A DNA stretch of 64,000 bases from Ophelia neglecta (taxonomy: Eukaryota), in NCBI GenBank assembly GCA_965285935.1, contig OZ260664.1, positions 90,024,001 through 90,088,000 on the forward strand, read 5' to 3'. How positions within the stretch are numbered: position 1 is the stretch's first letter; every line of letters begins with the position of its first letter. Under the pieces are notes generated by a model. That model searched no databases. It was given only the letters and a program-made list of their open reading frames with translations, and was not told the origin of the DNA. Positions 52,401 to 64,000 of this stretch are shown here, one piece after another. Position numbers and translations under genes: made by a program.

Positions 52401-55400
52401 TAATTATAAAGATGCTCAAAGCTTCACCGCAAAAATGTGATTCCTGTTAATATTTGTGTTGATAATGATTGCTAACCGCTCATTTGTAATCGTTGTTTAG
52501 ATTGAACCTACTGGAATGTGAATAACACAATAAATCTAGGCAAATTATAGTGCTATCTGATCATTACTACAGCCTCGATTGGTATAATTCCGCTCTTACA
52601 ACCTAGATACCAAGTGGTTTTACTGCAGCACCTTGATGATGCCTGGGAGAGTTTAATGGGCTGCAGAATTGGCTTAACTCGTGGGTAGTGACAAATGAGT
52701 CCTGTTGTGATAAGTTGTCTTATGTTGAATTGTTGTTTTAACTTGCTATGTGCTTCTTATTACATACACCTCCAAATCAATTGATATCAATACATTCAAA
52801 TGTATGGCAAAAGCGGTACAATATATGTACATAGATCAACAGTATAAATGGCTCTTTTCAATGCAAAGAGTGCTAACGGTCGGGAACTTTTATCATTTTC
52901 ATTGTTATCATAGATGGTATGCACTTCCAGCTATTGCCGGTCCTTCCAAAACAAAACAGAATAGAGAATTAACGCAGGAGATTGTGTCACTAGAACGATA
53001 GGCACACCCTGGTTTCAATCAAATGCCTTTGGCAATCACGTTGTTGTATAATTGTTATCGATTTTCCACTATCCTTCAACTTCATATATGCAACAGATGA
53101 AGATAACATCACGGAAGAACAGATATTGGTTAAACATGTATATAGCATGCTTAATTGGATATGCATAACTGTTCCTGTATATAGCATTTTTGGTAAATAT
53201 ATTTTGACGTAAAGCCACAAGGGGAATCGGGATCCCAGCTCTACTTAAGGGTTTCGAAGTCAGCATGACCTTGTTTGTATATGATAATTGGATTGGCACA
53301 TGAGCCGGGCCCAATATAGTATCACTGGTGTGCATGTGTCAGATTTAGGAGGCAGGTCTATTGATAATCTATAGCCTTCATAGTACATATTGACCTACCT
53401 GTGGCGGGTGTCAGCGGCTTCAATAACACAGTGCAAATCACTGCTGTGTACTTACAATGCTCCTTAAGGACAAAAACCCACGTGGGGTTCCTGAATTGAG
53501 GCGGAAAGTTTGCAGTCAATTATGATAATCCATTTGTTTTTCCATGGAGATTCTCGACTCTTTGCCACGGGTCATATAATATATCTACAATATCCGTCGC
53601 TTCAGAATTAGGCATCTCTATGCTTTTATATTATGGCACATTTCATCGGTATCAAAATATGTTTATATATGAAACGATATGCACGGTTTAACGGCCCAAT
53701 AATGCTTGGCCTATGAACAAAACACATTGATAGAGTAGCATGTTGGCCATTGCGGATACCAGGCAACGCGAATGAACTGGGTTGAGGACAATCCAATTCA
53801 GCGAATCATACGTTAAACATTATGAAACGTTATAACACATGAATACCGTAGGAAAACGAATCAGAGATCTAAGTCCACCATCCTTTGTTTGTAGACACTT
53901 TCGTTAGTCACTTCAGAGCCGTGAAGTACGCGCCACATGCGTCCCAGCCACTGGGCGTCTTAAAGCCTTGGCGCAGTGTGGCTCACTAGACTAGCTCTAC
54001 TATGTTTTTACCTAACTCAGTGAGGTGCTACGGTAGCAAGATAGGTGGGGCAAGGACAATAAATCAGTTGATACTCTCTGGAGCATGCTACTCGCAACCT
54101 TGCACCAAACGTTCAATACCGAATAGAGTAAATAAAAGGAATTAATGTATCATTCAAGTGGACAAAACGATCTCATCTGAACGATACCACATTGACACAA
54201 AAATAGTTTATAGATGCTGGTTAATAAATATGTAGATGCCGGATTATATCATTAGCAAAACTATGTATAAGTGCATATGTAAAAAAAATTGATCTTGACA
54301 AATGAAATTATATACTGAAATATCAATTTGATTTAAATATATATTAGCATTCACAGTGCTTCTGTAAAATTACCTTTTTCCATCGGATAATGCCAAATAT
54401 AGTCATAAGACGCTGCGGGATAATAAGGTTGCTCTACAAATTAATGGATAGTCGTCAGTAAAATCCATGAGCAAACTGTAGGTATATATGCGAGAACCTT
54501 CTTATATGGCTGTGGAAATATGATGAGCCAGATTATTTGTTTATGCATGGTTTCATAAAGGTAAAATGGACATCGAAACCCAGATAGTAATTGGCAAAAT
54601 GCAGCGCCGGATAACGTTTTGAATTTCAATGTCATGAATGGCCCAATTATTCTTTTGTTTCTTTTTGTATCATTATTAACTCCGATATATTGTCCTTGCA
54701 TAGGTTGTTAGACAATAAAATAAAGCCATTTATATTATCAGTCCGAAGATAACTCTGGCTTTAAAGCCCAGCTCATTGTCGGCGATTTCACGCTTTTCCC
54801 CGATGGACGCACTGTTCGCACCATATCAAACATGTTTATGTAGGGGTGACGGGGCTAGTTTGGCGATTGATTTTGTTTATTAACTATGTTCCTTTTTATA
54901 ACGCTGTATTTAAGAGCTCAAAGTAGATTATCGTGCACACTTGGAGGTGGGGAAACAAACATTATAATTCGATTATTCAAACATCAAGGTATGATCGTGC
55001 TAATAGGAGCAAACATCATGTGAAATGACCGGCAAAGAAATATACATTGGTATTTACGAGTTGCTATTTACAAATATGTATTACATCAGACAGAAGTACA
55101 TTGTACTGCCACAGTTAGTACTTCATGTAAACATACTAATGTCGAGTTTTATAACAAAACCTACTTGCGGCGATGGGGGATTCTGGTGGGGGGGGGGGGG
55201 GTTGATTCGCGCTTAAAGTAAAATACACTCTCCGCTTTCTTTATCAGCCCTTTCTCCGTCATCTTTGAAAAATTAGATGTGAAGTCAATATTATATCATT
55301 ATCTGCATATTGTACATCGTCTTTTCAAGGTCGGCAATCCATCATATGTGGACGACATTCTCAATTATTCAGGCGAAATGATGAAATTGATACCGATTAC

Positions 55401-56058
55401 ATCTTGTTTAATGGCAGAATGACAAGCCATCCACCTCCAGGTAATATCATGATGGCCTTTATGGTAAGGTCAAACAAAGTAAGCGAGAAATTGCCAATTA
55501 CTAGCTGGGGGGGGGGGGGGGGGGGTACGTATATTCTGTTTTCATGTGGCACGTTCTAAAACGACATTAAAGGTTTCATTTTTATTATTTTGAAACAATT
55601 TGAAAGCTACATTTTGTGCTTAAAACTAGACAGCAGAAGGGCATAGAAATACACTAAAAGAATATACTTCTTCAAAGTTTCATTGCTAACGAATGAAAGT
55701 TGAGATGTGTCCTTTTTTAATACATTGCTTCAAACTATTTTTTTATATTACACATGGGAAAGGTTAGCAAGATATTTTCAAAATCGAAAATGAATGGCGA
55801 ATTTAGTTTCTTTTTGTAAAATCATCCTAAAACGTAATATTGCCAAAATAATACTCATTGGTCAATAAACTATGAAACTTAGTTTCCGATGGGAAATAAT
55901 TTACACCTGAGTAGCAGCATCACATATGCATGAAGGTGAAATGTTAATGTGTATAGATTTATTTGTAATAAGAAACCTGCTTTAATATTTTCTGGTAAGG
56001 GTTTAGCCAGATATTGAAGACACTAAATCAGTAAATATTGACCAACAGCTCAACAGGT

Positions 56059-56370
56059 GCCGGCTGTTAGAAGAAGGATTCTTAGAGAACTTTGTTTCCG
56101 TAGTTTCAGACTTATAATTTTGACTTAATTGGCTTAGACTTAAGTCGGTTGTTGAAGGATTCTTAGGCTCAAGTTAAGTTTGATTTTACACTCACTTTTC
56201 TCAAGACTGCCAAGTGGGAGCAGATGAGTCTTTGAATTATGATGGCTACAGAAAAGAAAAGTTAAAGAACCTACTACATCCTAAGTCCGAATAAATATAC
56301 TTACTAAGTCAAAAAAGCCATATCCGATTGAAACTGTTTCTTCAAGTGAAGAATATTTTACCTACCGGCC
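56059..56370. mobile_element. Degenerate palindromic MITE, possibly PIF/Harbinger-like
   Basis: GCCGG...ATTCTT and AAGAAT...CCGGCC at the ends, an internal direct repeat GAAGGATTCTTAG (two copies), and an inverted pair TTTTGACTTA / TAAGTCAAAA. Confidence 0.4.
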
Positions 56371-59300
56371 TCAGTTTTAACAGAAATACAGAAGAAGCTA
56401 GCTTTCAACCGACCTGCATAAGCTAGAACCGCCCTTACATTCAACGGCAAGAAGACTATGCTTATCATTAACTAGCGTGGTAATTAAATTTTGTCGACAA
56501 TTTGAGACTTTTTGCAAATATAATATATGTAATAGTATATTAACTCCAATATGAAATATATGAGTTATTTGTGCTTAGATCCAGTTGTCATTTACATAAC
56601 TTTAGTTCCCGTTCATAATAATAGGGTTAATATAAAGAGTTAAATGAATACCGAATAAGGAAGTAACACACACACACACATATATATATGTCTATAAACG
56701 TTAAACAAGCCAATTGTTTTCCTCTTAAGGTTGATGACCAGTTTCCTTGGGTCAGCGAATGAATCAAATTGTATAATAAATAACGCTTTTATTATGCTTA
56801 TATAACTGCACATTTAAGTAAGATTAAGTGCAATAGATTTACATCAAATTGTGCTTGATGGTTACTACTTTGGGACTATATATGGCGGGTTTTATTTTCA
56901 AAATGAATGGCTTGATTTATTTTAACATTGTTTGCCAAACGCAAAATCAAAATAGAAACAAAACCAATGTAAAAAATCCAATTTTGTCAAAACCTAAAGT
57001 AAAGTCGGCCAATTGTTAAATTAGGACCAAGGTCTGAAATATTAGCTTGTTGTGTGATGTTAATGTACCAATCTTGGGACGGCCCAAAACAACGACTAAA
57101 CAATAACCTGATGAAATATACAGCTAAAAGTTCGATGATGGGTCACTTTATTTCTGTCTTTTATTCTTTGTACATGCAAAGGTGAGATAAGCCAGTGGCT
57201 TCTGTCCTTTTGTGTTACTCGGTAGGAAAAACGACTAATCTTTATTGTCACACTTCAGAAGCCTCCTACCTTGCGCAATCGATTTTACACACTTTTTCAA
57301 GCAAAGACAGCGACTGGCGCTCTCTTTGTGCAAGTAATACGGTGTTTTGTAAGAACAAAATTCATTCATTAAGTTAGATAGAACACATTGTAAATTATTT
57401 TGGTACTAAAATTCTACGAAATACACCAATTTTTTAATTGGGTGTCAAACTTTCAGGCACCTTGCCACACGTAAATTATGGATAGATTTTTCAATAATCA
57501 CTAATCAAATATCTTCAAAGTGGAATTCATTAAAAAGGTTTATTCTTTCATTGTTGTCCATTCACACACCGTAGTTAATTTGACATATTGAATCCAACTA
57601 TAAATACCTGAACTTTTCAAGTATATTGTGTACTTACTGCGTTGAGATATAGCCTTCGATAGACATAACATCCGTTTACATTATACCGTAAATGAGCGGC
57701 AATATTCCCCTAAGCGGCTATTTTGGCTTCCAATGAGAACTGTGAAATTCTGCAGAATTTTTGTAGATCATAAGCAATTTATCCATTGGTTAAAAGTAGG
57801 AGTCTATTTTAAGAATACTTTATGAATAGCGAACACCATTGAGCCTAAATGGCAAAACCTGACACCAAGTACCAGAAATTAGAGTAACAAACCATGTATT
57901 TAAAAGGTCTTAAATTAACACTTTTTAGGCTATGGATTAGGAATAGGCATGGACTATTTCAGTTTGACTTTCAGCGAAAGCTTCTTCATAACACTCACAG
58001 CCCATCCCGGTTTCTCGTATCTGTGTATCCCATATTTCCTTTGTATCTCGTTTAAGGTTTTACATTTTTTTTTGCAGCTTGCAATACGTATTGCTAGGAA
58101 AAGTTTCTTTCTGATTTGTCTTCTCATCATTCACAAGGTAGTATTTGAGTTTATCCCTTAATCAATACCAAACCGCTGCCTTTATCCTAACTCAGAGGCT
58201 TTGTCTCCAAATTGATCTTGGGTGCTGCATATAAATTATTTCCATCGGTGTAATGTGCAACATCTAGAAAGAAAAAGAATCCATTGATCCATATCTCAAT
58301 CCTTAAAGCTGCTTTCTAAATGAAACAGTGTATATCAATACAGTTCGTCAGCACCTCTGGGTAACTACTTTACACTTTTTTGTGGAAAATAGACTGATTC
58401 TCATTTTGTTCAATAGATTGAATAAATAAATAATTCACAGGATATTGCTGCGTATCATACAATAAGCAAGCATTAGCAAATTGAAAATGATATTTTTAGA
58501 CAAATTGATGGATAAGCGACATGGTTTGTATAATCAAAACTATCTATATAACACCATCTAGAGCGAGTAGAACTTTCTTTGCAGGCAACGAATGATTTTT
58601 GAATCACCCTTTTTGCCAATATGCAATTGCAAATACATCATTTTCCACATTATAACCGAAAACTATGCTGCTCAAACGTGTTTAATGAAGGGATCAAAGC
58701 CGATTTCTTTTTCGGTTGTCGTGTGGTGTTAATTTTCCGCATTATGGGTTATCGCCATGACATTTTTTTGCTTTACAAAGAGTATGAAGTTTGAAAATTA
58801 AAGTGGTAATTAGGTGAAGAAAAGTACATTGTATAAATGAACGTAGTCGAAAATACTAAGTATTGATACGTCCTTGGGTATTTGGCACTTACTACGTTAT
58901 TGTTGTGATTTTATTTACAGTAAATGTTTATTATTAAGAACCACTGGGAGCGTTTATACACTGTTTTAATCTTTAAATTCTTTACCTGAGAAGCTGAAAT
59001 ACACCTTGGGAGAGTGCAGCAGTTGATGGAAAAAACTAAGAAAATCATTTCACAAGAATGATTAAACTTTAAAGACTAGGAAAATGCTGTTGATGAATGT
59101 AAGTTTTACGGCGAGCATATGAGAAACCTGCATTTAATTCCCCTTGTCGCTTCCAATAATACATTTGTCTTGGCTATTCAATCTTTTCTTCAGTCTGCAG
59201 CATCAGTAGGCAATACACTGGTTTTGTATCAACTTAAGCTTGCCCGAGTGTGCATTTTAAATAACGACTGTATATGTCTTGCAAATATGTTGCAAGAAGC

Positions 59301-62300
59301 CAAATGCAGTTTTCCATAGCGCCTTTCTATGTTTACAGATTAACATCTGAAGGCTTTTGCTATTTGTGTGGTAGCAAGCAAAAATGAAATTAACACATAC
59401 AATGCACATTTCCATTGCTCCTTAATATAATTACTACAGACGAAAAGCAAACTTGTGTTCTGCTAGAAATGATGCTTCCGGAACACTGTCTCGGGAAATG
59501 ATCGCGAATGACCATCCCTAGCTTTGGGGTGCTACATTCAGCTACGATCAATGGACATATTACCATTGCCAGGAACGGCACTGCCAGGCATTGTGGTTAA
59601 TTGTGTTAATTTGACTAATTTGACACCGGTCCCTAGAAACAAAGCCCAGCAGAGTGGGAAAACAAGTTACCAGTGTAATGCGGTTTCATTTTGGTTTAAA
59701 TCAGGCCATTTCGGGAATTATCCTTTGTATAGAGCGCCGCCCCGTAAGAGAAGAATGGCTAAATATATAGAAGACTAATGAAAGTACCCAATGTAATATT
59801 AAGTTGCGGGTCCCCTCTGCTACTCGGCAGCGAACAATCACTAGTACGATGTCTTGTGTACACATTCGATGCCAATGAATATGCCTATAACCTCTCTCTT
59901 AGAAACATTTAACATGACTGTAACGCTTGCCTGCGTTTCCAACAACTAGAACACCTGAATCGGTTCTTATATGTGAAGAATAAACCTAGATCAGGGCGGT
60001 CATTTATACACTCCATGTGGCTTTAAAGTACTGCGATTATCTAATAGAAATTTGACAGGCTTTTTCGTAAGTGTAATCAACTAAACTTTCTTTCTCCTAA
60101 TTACTAAAATAGGTCTTAAACATCAAATACATTTCTTTAGTCTTCATATAGAAAGGTTTGCATAAGCCGAATAAGTTTATATAGGATATACTCTGAGTAA
60201 TCAAGGCCAGTCAGAGGCATTGATACGGAATCTTTTGCTCTAAATTTATTTCCACCAAAGGCTAGCCGCATTTGGGATTCTGTTGATTAAGATATATCTC
60301 CTTATCGCATGAGTTGCATTTCAATTGGTACTTCTCGACTTAATTCTACAATTTTATGTGCTGTGCTTTTCTATCTATAGGAAAGAGGTGAACGAATTGC
60401 AGTGGTTTCTCTTATAACGCCATATGCATCCTAGACACGTAGATCAGCGATACATCATACTAGACATATTAATATTCGATGGTATACAGCTAGTCCAATT
60501 ATGGCCGACTGTGAAACATATTAGACGAGTGTAATCGAGTGAATAAATTCCGTATTCCTATATAAATGAGACCCCTGATATATCAAATTAATGCAAAACA
60601 TAGATCGATGCGCGATCTTTTCATTGAACGTACATGTGACGAATGTTGATAGCACCTAATGGCCATTTGCCCAGGGCCTCATTACCGTCTTCAATTTGGC
60701 AAACTCCTTCTAATGTAGCGAATGGTGATATATTGTTCAGAATCAAAAACGTGTTGGCAACCCGTACGCAGTCATGGGTGATTTTTTCAAATATAAGACA
60801 GATTGTTGTCCTTTTATTGCAAAATATTGCAATGTTTTCAAAGAAAGTCGTGCTTCAGTCTTTTCCACATGATTCATTTAAAAACCTGATCGGTATCACC
60901 TGATCAAAAATATTTGCCATTTACAGGCAATGTTTTCATATATGGAAACACTACTATATGCATTCGGCTTAGTCCAAAGAAATGTAACTTTAAAATAAGA
61001 GATTATAGTTAAGGCCATAGCAGAAATTGTTTATTTGATATATACATACTGCCGTTGATATGAAAGAATTTCATTCTGAGATCTACAGGGACCTGAGGGA
61101 GAAATCAGAGCTGGGCGTCAATCAGAAATAATTAATACGTTTTCGAAATCAATTTATAATTGCATGTCAACTTGGTAAGAATCGACTCTTGGGATCCTTT
61201 ATATCAGTAACAAATTGCTCAATATAATGATGGAATTAATAAAGGAACTACCTCGTAAAAGGAGGACTGAATCCCATTTGTGATTTGGCATACCCTTTAA
61301 CCAGGCAATAAACCATGGCTTGTAAGAGTTAAAGACCACATTTTGTAGAGAGAGACAAAGGAGTCAATGCACAGCCGCATACTGTTTCTATTTCCGAATG
61401 CAAACAAGTGCCCATATATATCCTTTTGGACGGACCCAGGTTTGAGAGAGAAAAATAAGCATTTTAGGAAAGTGTTCAATTTCGTAGGCCTGAGCTAGTT
61501 CTCTATGAATATACGTTTAATCGACTCGTGTTCTGCCAAACAGACATAACACCCGATAGAACAGTTACGAGGCTCTATTTTGACAAGAAATGGCGCACAT
61601 GCATTTTGGTCCATTTTCCACCACGAAGCGACATACGAAGCCGGTCTATAAGAATATTTGGTCCCGTTGCTGTTAACCCCCCACCCCTCCTGGACTCAAA
61701 ACCCTGGGATAATGAGACGCCAGGGAAGAAATATACTAGTATTGTAGAACCGGCGTACAAGGTAAAACAGGATTTTAAGACAGGGTATTTAGTAAGGAAG
61801 CAAGTAAAAGATGTACATATGTTACATATGTTTTTAAAATAGAAGGCTTTGTTTACTAAACCGAGAAGTTTGTTATGCGTAGTACTAGCACTTTTTGGGA
61901 ATGACAGGGACAGATACATTGTTAATGTCTACCAATCGAGGCTCCATTAACTGATGTGGTTCAGTAACAAAAAGCGACTTTACTTGGTCCAACAAAGAAA
62001 AAAGCACAGTTTGTCTGATATTAGTCGTTGATGATTTTAACCATAGTTACGTTTTTATCGTTTATTTGCAACTTTGAAATTTCCAAGTCTGCGTGCTAAT
62101 TTCATATGATACAAATGAAAGTTCCACTAGCTGCTATGTATAAACACGTCAATATAGGATAAAGACAGAACGGTTTAGCATCACTAAGCTTATATGTAAG
62201 CAGACGTACTATGATAGCTAGGCACTCTCAATAAATCTTCTTTTGAAGCCGAAAGAGTTTTAAGTAGTGTAGAATGATATGTCACCCCATTAAGAATATT

Positions 62301-63651
62301 TGCTCTCTTCGGTCTGTTATTGTATCTGCGAAACGAAACAATGACTACTTTAATAATAAAACGTCTTTTTTTTTTCAGCCGCAAATAACTGTTCACAAAC
62401 ACTGGTCGCCCGAGAGTAGAAAATATATCTATTTATTTATTGTGTGAATCATTTTCTTAACATATTAGTCATAATCTAACCTGCCAAAAAAATAGATAAT
62501 AAACAACGAATACGTTGGCAGAACAAACAGATAATCTCACTCTAGTTATGTTTTTGTAAACTGTCCGAGGAATAAACTGAGCCACTCTTTCTGATATAAG
62601 CTACAATGTAGTTAAGAGTGCGAGTATGCTAGTCGACTTACCCCTATATTTAAAGATGGATATTTTAATCCAAATGAAACTGGCAAAGGGTTCACTGCAA
62701 TAAACCCCAGACAGGAAGTGGCGCTAGGCACAAGTGCGTCAATGTGAATGGCCGTCCCGGGATAACGGAATTGCAAGTGCCAGATTTATCTGTGGAATCC
62801 CTGATTTAAAGATGCAGGGATCATCACTTGCTTGAACTAGGATTATTCATTTCACATCTGACAAACCTTAGCTATCGTTAAAATAAGCTACACTTATTTT
62901 TCCTTAGTCATCTGAAGTATAAAAACGAGACTATATATTGCCAGTAGCCAGCGGCTGTTTCATAAATTACACACATATCAAAACGAATAAATCTAGAGAG
63001 GATACCAGGCAGACAGGCTATGTTGGGGTGAGAAAAGGAAGTTCCCTTAAATAGATCTACAACATAGTGTGGACATATGAGAAAATGAATTGCATTTCAA
63101 CAGCACACATTTAAACACGTTTAGCAATAACTGCTGTTTTAGCTACATCATATATGAATGAAATAAAAGTGAAGTTCAGGCTCATAGGACAAAAGGTGAG
63201 AGGTTTTCATACAGCCCAGGCCAAAGGAAACATTGAGTTTTCAATACTATTGATACATTTGAATGTCCTTAGACGCTATAATCTTGATACAGATGCAACA
63301 GCCCATCACCAGAAGATGTTTTTATTCCAGCCGACCGCGAATTCTTGTTGGTGCTGAAGATAAGTCGTTCTTCCAAGGCCGGTACAATTATCAAGAGACT
63401 TCGAGGAGCGCAAACCGTCCTCTTGCGTGAAAACTATCGACATCTTTCCAAGGGACATAAATCGCATTAGCTGAATTTAAATAAGGCACATTTGTCTAGT
63501 TTTTTTCCATCGAAAGGAGTACATTTCTCTTTCTGCAAGGCAGATATTAAAGCAAGCGTGGGCACGGAGTGGTGCATATAAATAACATATATTTTATGGT
63601 AGACACGCATGTTTCGCATGAATCATACCAGTCTAATTGGTGTTGTGATGG

Positions 63652-63677
63652 CTTAGGCCAGACTAAGTCTGGCTAAG
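63652..63677. repeat. Short near-perfect palindrome
   Basis: CTTAG(G)CCAGACT-A-AGTCTGGCTAAG. Confidence 0.7.
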
Positions 63678-64000
63678 TCGCGCTCGGGAACATATTGGAA
63701 GCAAAGTTGTCAATGGCAGTAACTATGGTGAAGAATTGATGTATTCTTTATAATTTTGACTGCTACAGGGTTGACAACATCAATGCGAAACCTATATATA
63801 TTTATATTTATCGTGTTACACATTTTTATATCGTCTGTGACCAATTCCATACAATTTCGATATTAATTAAGTATTTGTCACAATACCCTAAAAAGAAAAT
63901 GAAGATTAATCTCCATTCAGATATGCGAGAATAAATCTTTATGCAACTATAGCTCAGGCTTTTCTGAACCTCCTGTAACGAATATATAACGCGGTTTTTA

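Overview
This is eukaryotic DNA: AT-rich, with many poly-G/poly-C runs, MITEs and minisatellites. It is consistent with an animal genome, probably a marine invertebrate (inference only). I find no complete protein-coding gene, rRNA, tRNA, CRISPR array or intact autonomous transposon, and none of the six-frame ORFs resembles a protein family I recognise. Supported features are: (i) several non-autonomous inverted-repeat elements (TA-flanked Tc1/mariner-pogo-like MITEs, a palindromic element at 1073-1311 and CAGTGGCG-type elements); (ii) five minisatellite arrays with units of 16, ~21 (63-bp higher-order period), 65, 41 and 34 bp, several with higher-order structure and internal dyads; (iii) local duplications; (iv) a probable retroposon 3' tail; and (v) isolated exon-like segments with canonical splice signals on both strands, plus CpG/GC-rich blocks that look regulatory. 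The best reading is long introns or 5' regions of one or more large genes, or a regulatory gene desert. I cannot support a novel biological system here. The most interesting leads are the candidate spliced transcripts and the dyad-containing arrays.
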